64,000 nt of DNA, taken from positions 144,336,001-144,400,000 of the forward strand of contig NC_042999.1 in the NCBI RefSeq assembly GCF_006345805.1. The letters run 5' to 3'. Within the stretch, counting starts at the first letter, position 1, and every line of letters starts with the position of its first letter. Position numbers and translations under genes: made by a program. Shown here one piece after another: positions 13,466 through 26,005 of this stretch. The stretch is from Octopus sinensis (lineage: Eukaryota). The notes below the pieces were generated by a model. It was not told the origin of the DNA. It did not search any database and saw only the letters and a program-made list of their open reading frames with translations.

Positions 13466-13466
13466 C

Positions 13467-13489
13467 AGAGAGAGAGAGAGAGAGAGAGA
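13467..13489. repeat. (GA)n microsatellite
   Basis: Direct read. Confidence 0.95.
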
Positions 13490-14329
13490 AATATAAAGGA
13501 AATAGAAAACTCAAGAAATAGAAAACAAGCATGAGAGTATACAGAGAGAGAAGGGAAGTAAGAGAAAAAGGAGCAGAAATGAATGTAAGGGACAAAGTTT
13601 TGTTTTCTCAGAAGACATTCCTATCCAGATATGATAGGCATTGGTAGTATTTCAGTTACAATCTCTTCCTCTTCAATTAAATATTGTCAAACTGAGAAAC
13701 CAAGAAATGAAATTACATGAAGATTCACATCCTTCTCAAGAATCAAATCTCCCTCAAAAACTAACTTTAATAGAGGAACTAAAAATCTCAAGGCATAATG
13801 TCCCACTATAAAGACAGAGAATGATCACTGACAAAATACTAAACTTACGGCAAAGTTCAGCATAAAACAATATGCTAGATACCTAAAGACTATGTTGGGC
13901 AGGAGTATTAGATATTTGACCCAATATATCCATTATAAAGGATGTCTAAACAACAGCAAGACATTCCACTAAAAGTACAGAAGAACCATGTTAGCTAGGC
14001 TGAAACTAACTTTATTATATGTATATATAGGAACCAATTGCTAATTTCTCAAGACAAGTTTCTAACTAAAGATGTAGGAGTTGGATACCAGAACATTCTC
14101 ATGTCCAAACTTGATAAAACTGGTTTTAACAACAAAACTGCTGGTCACTCTTAAATAAATATGGTCTGATAAGTCCAACAAGACACTACAAAAGCCAGCA
14201 TACTAAGTTGTAATTAAACCAAATATACTTCATTAATTTGCTTGGGCTGTATTCTTAGTGTACTAGAAATTTCAAAGTTGAACTGCAGCCAAATATCTGA
14301 TGAAGTAGGAATTGTCAAATCCCATTATA

Positions 14330-14560
14330 AAATTCAATCTGACCAATGCTTTGTGAGTGAATTTGGTAAATGGAAACTATCAAAAAGCCTTTAGTGTGTG
14401 TGTCTGTGTGTGTGTCTGTGTGTGTGTGTGTGTGTGTGTGCGCACACACACACACACACAGACATGTACATCTGTTGCCACTTAGCAACAAATGTGTTGG
14501 TTTGTGTAAGTTCCTGTTACCTTGCAATTTGGCAAAAAGAGACTGATACAATAAATATGC
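14330..14560 (+). mobile_element. Diverged SINE (59267 family) with internal (TG)n/(CA)n tract
   Basis: gctttgtgagtgaatttggtaaatggaaact..aaaagcc and ggcaaaaagagactgatacaataaata match the 59370-59530 part of the SINE. Confidence 0.65.
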
Positions 14561-15289
14561 AACTTAGAATAGAGATGGTGTTTGATTTGATCAACTAAAC
14601 ATTCTAATGTGTTCTAACAAGGTTGCTATCCAATGACAAACAAATGAAAAAAACTAAAAACAGATAACCCCTTTCAATAAAGATCGGTCATCAGTGAAGA
14701 ATTAGGCTGTTTACAAATGTCTGCTCTGACAGTGCTTATAGTTGCTACTGTGAGTATTTTTTCCAGTTTTTCAACCATAAAGTTTATAACAGCCAAAGAC
14801 TTCCAGTAGAGTTTATCCATGGTGCAAAGGCATAGCTTGTTGACAATTGATGAGATGTTATGTTTTGATGATTTTCATGGAAAGCAAAAGGAATTCAATC
14901 AAACTCCCACAGATGGTTTGACTGAATGACTTCTGAAAATAAAAGATTTCAAGTGGAAAATAATAAGGCTGTCTCAAAAGAAAGGGCATGGTTCTCAATC
15001 AGTTGGTTGATGCAATACTGACATCAACTTACAAATTCTAGATAATATTTTCAATTTTCTTGCATTCTGTTTTGTAGTTTACAGTTAATCTGCTTTTCAT
15101 TGAGATATGTATAAGTTCTGAGTGTGGAGCTAAAGAACAGGCACTAGTCATCTCCCCACGTTCAGGGTCAATAGGATTATAAGCTTTGGACACATAAGGA
15201 ACGCAGTAGTATGGGATGAAGGTTAACAGAGAATATAGTCTTTGTGTGTGGTAAATGTGTAAGCACAATAAGCACTAAAAGTGCACAGA

Positions 15290-16045
15290 CAATGGACTTC
15301 CTCAAATGCTAGGGGAAGGGGCATTAGAAGTAGTAGATAGCTTCTGTTACTTAAGAGATCAAGTTAGCAGTGGTGGAGGAATTTCTGAAAGTGTAGTTGC
15401 TAGAATAAGAACAGGCTGGGCATAGTTCAGAGAGCTTCTACCTTTGTCGGTAACTAAGAGCTTCTCCCTCAGAGAGAAAGGTAGATTGTATGATGCCTAT
15501 GCACATACAACTATGTTACATGGCAGTAAAACATAGGCTTTGACTACAGAGGACTTGCAAAGGCTTGAAAGAGTAGAAACTAGCATGCTTTGCTGGATGA
15601 GTAATGTCAGTGTGCACGCACAACAGAGTGTAAATGATTTAAGAGGAAAACTGGGTATAAGACATTGTGAGCAAGAGAGAAGACTGTCTGTGCTAGTTTG
15701 GTCATGTGATACATTTGGATGAGGGCAGCTGTGTAAAAAAAAAGTGAAAGCTCTAATTATGGAGGGAACCTGCAGAAGGGTAGACCCAGGAAGATGTAGG
15801 ATGACATGGTGAGAAAGGATCTCTGGATGCTGGACCTCAGTGAGGAAATGAGAAGGGGCTGGAAGATGAAGTGATTTGCTGTATTTGAAAAGATGTGCCA
15901 AGGGAAGTAAAATCACAGTCTTCAATAACATACAGGCTTGTCCTTTCAGGTGCCAGTGCCACATAAAAAGCACCCATGCCAGTGCTGCATGCTTGCACAC
16001 ACTGTTAAGTGGTTTGCATTAGAAAGGACCAATGATGATGATGAT
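15290..16045 (+). mobile_element. RTE LINE 3' fragment (older copy)
   Basis: Homologous to 10765-11350 (LEVVDSFCYL..ARIRTGWA*FRELLPL) with stops; ends in (GAT)n. Confidence 0.9.
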
Positions 16046-16477
16046 AACATACATTGCTGAGACGTCCTCTCAGTCAATGCTGCAGAGGCTACATATTTGA
16101 AACTTCAAACCAAGGGTTGATGATGTGTAGTAGGAAAATGATAGCAGAAGAAGTTTAAACTAGGTCAGAGCCTTTTTATCATTATTAATATTATTTATTA
16201 TCATAAATCAAATTACTGAAATCTTAGGAGTTTCTCCAGCGACAACCCTATACCTAAGACTTAGTCACAAACTTGTTCTTTGTAGGGCACAAATCAAGTC
16301 ATTTGGATAAACAAGTTGAAATCCTTCACTGGACCTTTGCAAATTTATTACCTCAATATTTTCAACCTAAGATAATACCCATCAGTTCACAATAGTGTTA
16401 TCATTAAAAAAAAAAACATCCAGCTGTAAAACCCAAATGTCTCAATAAGAGTTTTACACCTCTAAAAAACCTTCCTA

Positions 16478-16825
<348 letters not shown>

Positions 16826-17138
16826 TCATGTGAAAAGATGCAATATTTATTGTGAGCTTATCCAGCATATAATAGCATGATAGAATGAACACAAAATTAG
16901 TGATGACAATGATTAAAGATGGTAAATATCCCAACTAAAATAATGGCAATGGTGATAGAGATGACAATGATAGTAACAGAGATGCCAACAATTATGAATG
17001 GTGATGATAGCACAACATAAATAACAAGAACAAAAACAATGATGACATATGACAATGATATACTTGTGTATGTGTGCATCCACATATATGCCTAAGTATA
17101 ATAACTTGTGCTACTACATCATTACATGCACACACACA

Positions 17139-17177
<39 letters not shown>

Positions 17178-17234
17178 CTTACACCCTCAGTCACTTTAGT
17201 GACAATAGTACTTGTGCCTTTTGGTGTGTGTGTG

Positions 17235-17275
<41 letters not shown>

Positions 17276-17276
<1 letters not shown>

Positions 17277-17639
17277 CGAATCGTGGCCGATGCCAGCGCC
17301 GCCTCGACTGGCTTCCGTGTCGGTGGCACGTAAAAAGCACCATCCGAATCGTGGCCGAAGCCAGTGCCGCCTCGACTGGCTTCCGTGCAGGTGGCACGTA
17401 AAATGCACCAATCCGACCGTGGCCGATGCCAGCCTCACCTGGCACCAGTGCAGGTGGCACGTAAAAAGCACCCACTACACTCACGGAGTGGTTGGCGTTA
17501 GGAAGGGCATCCAGCTGTAGAAACATTGCCAGATAAGACTGGAGCCTGGTGCAGCCTTCTGGCTTCCCAGATCCCCGGTCGAACCGTCCAACCCATGCTA
17601 GCATGGAGAACGGACGTATGATGATGATGATGATGATGA

Positions 17640-17643
<4 letters not shown>
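17276..17643 (+). mobile_element. Young RTE 3'-UTR-only copy inserted in (TA)n
   Basis: Three 68-69 bp CpG-rich units, then gtggttggcgttaggaagggcatccagctg..aacccatgctagcatgg and (GAT)n; flanked by (TA)n on both sides. Confidence 0.85.
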
Positions 17644-17680
<37 letters not shown>

Positions 17681-17724
17681 GGTCCTCTTTTTATGATTTA
17701 AAAAAAGAAAAACAAGATAACTTA

Positions 17725-17847
<123 letters not shown>

Positions 17848-18482
17848 CTATAAAGAAAATGCAATGAACAATGGTTATTCAATGTATTCACAGTTGAAAT
17901 TGGATCAAACCAGGCATTCTCAAATTTGTAAATACAACTCCAATATGCTAACATGTGTTAAAAACACAAACAGGAAACACCCACAAACTCAAAACATCTT
18001 CATGAACAAGGTTACCTACATGCTAGACATGTGACCTTTGCATCAAAAAATAAATTAGAAACAAATACATTATTTTTAATTAATTAGAAAAACCACATAA
18101 AACATGTAAATTTGAAACGCTAAAAATTCAGTAATGTCTGATTAAAGATAAATAATTTTTCGTCCTGATTATATTTAATATCAAGTTTCAACGAAGTCAG
18201 ACAGAAAATCATTTGTTGGTTTAGTTCATCAACATGGTTCATTTCACATAAGCTTTCTACTATAAAACAAAGAAGGGGATTTCGTTTTCAATATAACATC
18301 TTTGACCAATAGGTCAGCAACTGAATAACACATAGCTAACTCCTACATTCTGCACACTTCTTGCTACAGTTAACATAGAGACTCAATTTGGCACCTGAAT
18401 ACAAAGGAGGACAAAATTACAGTGGCAGTAGTAATAAGTAGTTCATAGTAAATAATAAATACAAATTAATTCTACTTTATCA

Positions 18483-18728
<246 letters not shown>

Positions 18729-19841
18729 TTACAATTTAAAAGATTTTAACTTAAAATCCAGTGAATAAAAAATATTTCCAGCATAAATTTGTAGCCAATG
18801 TAAGAAATCAATATTATTATTACTATTAGTGCAGAAACATCCATTAGAAACAAGTATTAGACCATCAACTTCAAATCCTGCTAAAGTTGATAAAACAAAG
18901 TACAGCCTTCTCAGCTGGAAATATGTATTATAGAGTAAGAACATTTTGCTGGTTTAAGTGGCAGCAGTTTTGTAAAACTTACAAATGTTTCGTTATCTTG
19001 CACTGCTAAGGTCAACTCTTCCTATGGACTATACCTTGAAGAAGTAAGAGCTGTCAAAATGACTTTGCTAGAGTTACACTACATGAAGACCAAAGCTTAC
19101 AATCATTGAAAGAAGAGTAAGAAGTGGGGTTGAAAAGAAACCACTAATTTAGATTCAGGTAAATAATGTACATTTTTTTTTAAGCTCAAAGGGGTCAGTC
19201 AATGTTCAAGTCTTATTTCTTTAGAACTAATCAGATGAGAGAAAGAGGCTGAGTCTATCAATAGATTTAATTTAGAAAATCAGCCAAAAGAGTTTCCATA
19301 TTGTCACTTGACTTGCTAAAAGTAGTAACAAAGTTCTCATATCAAAACCTACTATCTTAAACAGTGTAGTCTTTCATCATACATCTACTCAGTCACAGCT
19401 GATCTTGAACTAAACAACAGCTTAGTCAGAACAGCCTGATACCTACTCCTTTTGGTAACTAACAGATGTAAAGAAAACTGAGGTAGAAAATAAAACAGAA
19501 GACAAATTTTAAATGATATAAAAAGTCAATTGCAAATAATTAAAAGATAATAGATATCATAGGACAAGCAGCATATTTTATTTTTCAGTCTTTTGAAAAT
19601 TTTGTATTTAATCCAATGATTAGCTAAAAAAATTTACAGAACAAAGGACAGATGATATAAGAAGGTTGTGTTAGTCTTGTATTATTATTGCAAAACAGTA
19701 ACAAAGTTGTAAAAATGACAAATTGAATGTTCACCATTCCATTAAAAAGGTAATCATTTCTAATTCCCATGAATATACTCCATTCCCATGAATATACTCC
19801 ATGAATTTCATTATTTCAATTAGCATAATATGACAACATAC

Positions 19842-19947
19842 CTTTACAATACTGCAGTAGTATCAGCACCTCATATACTTTATTAGGAGTGACAGTTATA
19901 CTGGAATCAACATATTTAATAATATTTTTGTGTCCACTGAGAGTTTT
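19842..19947 (-). CDS. AAK1: AAK1/BMP2K-like kinase exon (subdomains IV-V)
   Basis: ttttag|...|gtatgt, 106 nt, phase 0 to 1; KTLSGHKNIIKYVDSSITVTPNKVYEVLILLQYCK. Confidence 0.95.
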
Positions 19948-20609
19948 CTAAAAATAGAAAACATAAAAAAATTAAAATTAAATAATTTTTTTAAAGTGAA
20001 TTTTTACAGATTTTAAAATAACTCAGATTAGATTATAAGTGTATGTTGTTAGGTTATAAGTCAATAGGTTATTATGAGACAAAATGTAAGATTATAGTAA
20101 CTCATATTAGTTTAAGCTAAGTAGTGTAGTTAGGCTATGTAGTCAGCATGTTCTAAAATTAGATTCCATATATTGTTATACAATTGCCCAAATGCTACAT
20201 TATAGTCCTTCACAATATTTACCAGGTGTGGCATATGCATTTATCCAATTCAGCAGCTTCATTGTTTTTGTTGTGAGGACCAGTGGAGATGAAAAACTAC
20301 CTTATATGGGAAACATGTAAGAGTTGGTAACAAAGAGAATATCAAATTATAGAAAATTGTGCTTCAACATATTTCAACTAATCATGTGTGTATCTTTCTC
20401 TAGGTAACTGCTTCTATCCTCATTCCTGTTAACTCTTGCTCTTTTTCTTTCCCCTCTCTCCCTCTTTGGTTGGGTAACCATGAACCTCCTCTACAGCAAG
20501 ACATCTATTTCTGCCTCTGTCACATTCTAATCTCTAATTATCTGACATAAGATCACCTCCTCCAATGCCCCCTTCCCTCTCAAAGACTCTGTCTTGGAAA
20601 GTCATTTGG

Positions 20610-20910
20610 TGTCCATGCCAATGCAGGTGCCACTTAAAAAGCACCCAGTTTACACTGTAAAGTGGTTCGGCATTTGGAAGGGCATACAGTTGTAAAAACC
20701 ATGCCAAAACTGACCTTACCTGTGCAAGTGCCATGTAAAAAGCACTCAACCCACTCTATGGAGTGGTTGGTGTCAGAAAGGGCATCCAGTCATAAAAACC
20801 ATGCCAAAAAACATTCAGAAGCATGGCACAGGCTCCCGTCTGGCCAGCTCCTGTCAAACCATCCAGCCCATGCCAGCAAGGAAGGAGGACATCAAATGAG
20901 GATGATGATG
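20610..20910 (+). mobile_element. RTE 3'-UTR copy (diverged)
   Basis: aaaaagcacc..agtggttcggcatttggaagggcat..ccatgccagcaagg..gatgatgatg; the module is internally duplicated. Confidence 0.75.
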
Positions 20911-21586
20911 TATGCATGCAAAAATGATTATAATAATGATAAATCTAACATATTAATTACATTTTTACTACAATTATCAATAACTGGATGCCTTTCATAA
21001 TGCCAACTGTCAGTGTTTAGCACTGCTTTCCAAACTTAAAGCCATATCCATTATTGCAGGTTTTTCCAACCCATTTCACCTTATCTAACCCTTAATGTAT
21101 TAGGAACAATTTTCTTAGAAGATGAACATTTGAAAATTCCCAATGTCATAGACCCAATTTACCTTCTGCATCTGTTAATATAGACATTTACAACCACCCT
21201 CAAGTAAATAGCTTTGTAATCTTCTCAGGTGATCTGAGCATAAAAAATGGGTAATAGAGAGAAAAACATTCACCAAAAGTAAGATGCAGGCATGGCTGTA
21301 CAATAAAGAAATTTGCTTCAAAACAAAGTGGCTTAGACTTCTTTCCCACCGAATGAACGCTGTCAGCTGGTATTCTCTACTGAAGATGCAAGTTAATCAA
21401 AATCTTGTTGGTGAAATTTGGTAAACATGGCCAGCCATGAGCTGCTCATTATTCAAAGGTGTGGGAGAAATAATACCTTACTTGGAGAAAAGTGAGAGTT
21501 GACAACAAAAAGAACATCTGACTACATAAAAATTTGACTAATCCAAACATGAAAAAGTGGACATTAAAATGGTGGTGATGCACATA

Positions 21587-22872
21587 CAAGGGGGTATCCA
21601 AAAGAAACTGGAAACATTTTCTTTGTATGGGACAAGCCTGTTGTAGTTAAGGCTTCTGCTATTAGAAGCCACTTGACACCACCCTCAGGCATCAGTCTGC
21701 CAGCCAGCATCGTCAAGTGATGTCATACTGCCACATGATGCATTTTTGCTACTCCCCAGTTTGGTGATTTTTGCAATGGCTGAAATGAAAGAACAGCATG
21801 CATCCATGAAATTCTGTTTTCTGCTAGGGAAAACAGCAGCCAAAACAGCTGTCATGCTTCAAGCAACTTACAAGGATGCTGCCATGAGCAAAACAAGTTT
21901 ACAAGTGGCTTTCACGCTTTAGGAAAGGTCACTTGTCACTTGAAGACCAACCTTGTTAAGGGCAACCATCGATCTCCCAAACAAATGAAAACATCACAAA
22001 AATTCATGGACTGTTGCTGAACAATTGATGAGCTTGTTGATATGACTGGTGTAACCTGGAGCTTCTGCCAATGAATTTCAAGTGAGGAAATGTGAATGAA
22101 AAGAGTTGCAGCAAAATTTATGCCTTGCTTGCTTTTGGAAGATCAAAAGCAGTCATGATTGAATGCATGTCATGAACTGAAAGAACAGTTGGAAGTTGAT
22201 CTGGACCTTTTTCCAAAGATCATCATTGGTGATAAAAGCTGGTGCTACAGCTACAACCTGGAAACAAAGCAACAATCAAGCTAATGGAAGTATTCAATGT
22301 CACTATGCCCCACAAAAAGTGCATCAAGTGAAGTCCAATGTCATGATGATGCTGATTTGTTATATCGATGCAAAAGGAATTGTCCACACAGAATTTGTTC
22401 CTTCTGGTCAAATGCTAATCAGACATTTTACTTATCAGTTCTGAAGCATTTATGAGACGTGGTCAGACAAAGACACCCTGACCTGTGGCAAAGTGGAGAA
22501 TGGTGGTTTCATCATGACAATGTGCCTGCACATACTACCTTGAGTGCCAAAAATGGCATGGCCTCGCTTACCCACCCTCCCTATTTGCCCAATCTTGCTC
22601 CCTGTGACTTTTTTCTGTTCCCCCAAATGAAAAAGTCCTTAAAGGAAAACACTTTGCAGATATGGAAGAGGTAAAGAAAAAACAACAACAGAGGCATTAA
22701 AAGGCATCACTTTGCAAGAGTTCCAGCACTGTTTTGAACAGTGGAAAGTGTGTCTGGACTAATGTATTGCTTCATATGGAGAATACTTTGAAGGTGATAA
22801 AAATGTAAACATGTAAAACTAAGTGAATAAAATAATATTGCAAAATTCCAGTTTCTTTTGGGTATCCGCTTG
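21587..22872 (+). mobile_element. Full-length but degenerate mariner transposon (about 1.29 kb)
   Basis: TA TSDs at 21585 and 22873; about 28 bp TIRs (caaggggg/cggtat..ccaaaagaaactggaa); transposase remnants IIGDKSWCYSYNLETKQQS, HHDNVPAHT, HPPYLPNLAPCDFFLFP with stops. Confidence 0.92.
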
Positions 22873-23346
22873 TAAGTTATTGAAGTACTAACACAAGCAA
22901 TCATCTGACGATGATGATTAACATGATATTAATCATTTATTCTTCAAAGCCACCAATAACATTATCATGTAAAACATTAACAAAATCATCCCCAACAATT
23001 ACTCTCATGATAATAAAACAACAATGAATCAATGACATTTTCAGTTATTAATTCAATATTTTCTAAATAATTTACATTTGTACCTTTTACCGAAGAAATT
23101 AAATTTAATTAAATTTAATTTGTTTCATCCTATTATCTGTGCCAGAATAACTGCAAGGTTTTACTCAAGATTTCAAATAGTATAAAGTAACATGTTTTTT
23201 AAAAAAATTTACATGTATTCCTAGATTTTGGAAAGGCTAAAACATTTTTGAAGAAAACCATTTTTAAAAATAGTGGCATTTTATCCAAACTAGTTCAAAG
23301 CTATTATTTATTGTATAAATGTAATAAACTTTTCTTCCAGTTTGTT

Positions 23347-23390
<44 letters not shown>

Positions 23391-23764
23391 GTTTTTTCAA
23401 TGGCGGCCCATTTTCGCGGGGTTCCACTATTTCCCTTCTCTCTCTCCCTCTTTTACGTTGTCTGCCATCCCCCCTCTTCCTTGCTAAGAGCATTTTTAAG
23501 CCAGCCCGTCATATTCCCGGTGCACCCGCCCTGCCCACCCCCACCACCAATACCGGATATCTCTATATTTTTGCTCCATCTATACCGGATGTCGCTTCTC
23601 CCACCACCATTATAGGTGTTACTCTTCGAACCCCCCTCTTCAATACGCTATTTGACCATGCATTACCCCTCTCTTGATATCCTACGTTCTACTTGCCTAG
23701 AACTGTCATCATTTCTCTGAACCACCCCTCCCCACTGGTGCTCCCCTATATTTCTCCCCCCCCC

Positions 23765-24008
23765 CACATAAAAAGCACCATCCGAACGTGGCCGATGCCA
23801 GACCCCTCTGGCACCTGTGCAGGTGGCACGTAAAAAACACCCACTACACTCGCGGAGTGGTTGGCGTTAGGAAGGGCATCCAGCTGTAGAACACTGCCAG
23901 ACTAGACTGGAGCCTGGGGCAGTCCCGAGCTCCCCAGACCCCGGTCGAAACCGTCCAACCCGTGCTAGCGCGGAAAACGGACGTTAAATGATGATGATGA
24001 TGATGATG

Positions 24009-24010
<2 letters not shown>
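23765..24010 (+). mobile_element. Young RTE 3'-UTR copy with (GAT)n tail
   Basis: aaaaagcaccatccgaacgtggcc..gtggttggcgttaggaagggcatccagctg..aacccgtgctagcgcgg..(gat)n; CpGs retained. Confidence 0.85.
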
Positions 24011-24059
<49 letters not shown>

Positions 24060-24062
<3 letters not shown>

Positions 24063-24866
24063 AGTGGGGGAGGTTGTTCTGAAGCAAAGCTGCAAGTATA
24101 AGAATAGGCTGGGCAAAGTTCAGAAAGCTTCTACTTCTGTTAGTAATAAAGGGCCTCTTCCTAGTGTGAAAGGAAAATTGTATGATGCCTGTGTATGAAC
24201 AGCTATGCTACATGACAGTGAGAAATGGATTGTGACTACTGAGCATATGTGAAGGCTTGAAAGAACTGAAGCCAGTATGCTCCACTGGGTGGGTAATGTC
24301 AGTGTGCATCTTCAACAGAGTTTAAGTGATTTGAGAAGCATTGGATGTAGTGCACAAGAGAGAAGACTGCGCTGATACAGTCATGTAATGCATATGAATG
24401 AAGACAGTGGCATCAAGAGGTGCCAATCTTTAATTGTAGAAAGAACATGTAGAAGGGGTAGACCCAGGAGGACATGGGACGAAGTGGTAAGAAAGGATCT
24501 TCAGACATTGGCCCACACAGAAAGGATGACAAGGGACTGAGACAACCGGTTGTTTGCTATGCTGGAGAAAACACGCCAATCTAAGTAAAATCATGGATGT
24601 CCATGCACACAGGCTTATCCCCTGCATCCCTCTTCAGCTGAGCATTCCTAATTTTGCTGGGTGCTGGTGCAACATAAAAAGCACTCATACCAGTGCCACA
24701 TAAATGCACCCAGTACACCCTGTAAAGTGGTTGGCATTAGGAAGGGCATCCAGCTGTAGAAACCATACCAAAACAGACATGAAACCTGGGCAACTCTTCA
24801 GCTGGCCAGCTCCTGTCAAACCGTCCAACCCATGCAAGCATGGAAGACAAACAATGATGGTGATGA
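24060..24866 (+). mobile_element. RTE LINE 3' fragment (older copy) with 3' UTR
   Basis: Homologous to 10810-11350 (RIGWAKFRKLLLL..LYDACV*TAML) plus the terminal module and a gatggtgatga tail. Confidence 0.9.
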
Positions 24867-24895
24867 GACACACACACTACTGGTTTTATGTATGT

Positions 24896-25070
24896 GAAGG
24901 TGCATGGCCTAGTAGTTATGGTATTTCACTCACGACTAGAAAATCATAGTTTCAATTCCCAGACCAGTTGTATTTTGTGTTCTTGAGCAAAACTCTTCAT
25001 TTCATGTTGCTCCAGACCACTCAGTTGTAAATGAGTAACCCTGTGGCAGACTGGCATTCTATTCAAGGAC
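24896..25070 (+). mobile_element. tRNA-derived SINE (diverged)
   Basis: A-box-like tggcctagtagtt and B-box-like gtttcaattccc, then cttgagcaaaact..cactcagttgtaaatgagta. Confidence 0.6.
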
Positions 25071-25192
25071 AATGCTGACCTACCCACCTAGTTAGTGGGA
25101 AGGTATCATTCAAAAGTTACTACAACGCGAGAAAGTGCATTGTGACTAGCAATATACAGCAGCATCCAATAGTCTGGTTGATACAGTGGTAT

Positions 25193-25430
25193 ATATAAGA
25201 ATAATATAACACAAGGCTGGAGGATATTAAGCTTTAATAGTAGATCAAAATACTTGTTTCTGCACTGCACACCAGCTTTAAGTTGCTGGGTTTATGTCCA
25301 TATAATCTTGTATAATAGTATATGAATATAAACTCAGCAACTTAAAGCTGGTATGCAGTGCAGAAACGAATGTTGTGATCTACTATTAAAGCCCAATATC
25401 CTCTATCCTCATGTTATATTATTCTTATAT
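25193..25430. repeat. Fold-back inverted repeat (about 110 bp arms), MITE-like
   Basis: Left arm atataagaataatataac..ttctgcactgcacaccagctttaagttgctg matches the reverse complement of the right arm; the loop is short. Confidence 0.92.
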
Positions 25431-25569
25431 TAGTCTTATGTAAAGAAAAGTTTCACATCAGTATCCAGCCCTGGAAGATATCCTGCTGTAGGATAACATG
25501 TGGTGGCCAAATAACGGCATAAGAGCTTTTAAGTGCACATTAGGTTTTTACACAAATTATATTTTATTT

Positions 25570-25741
<172 letters not shown>

Positions 25742-25828
25742 ACTGGAATTGTTTTCAACTTCCATAAAAACCAAAAACATAAACAGCTAAATTTAAAATT
25801 TTTTAAAATTTCTTTCATTTCTAACTCA

Positions 25829-26005
<177 letters not shown>

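Noticed and set aside
17049-17604. Several 70-137 aa ORFs with YIYIY, CVCV or THTH runs (also 14315, 23342, 25498, 27973, 42970, 60144)
   Set aside because: These are translations of microsatellites.
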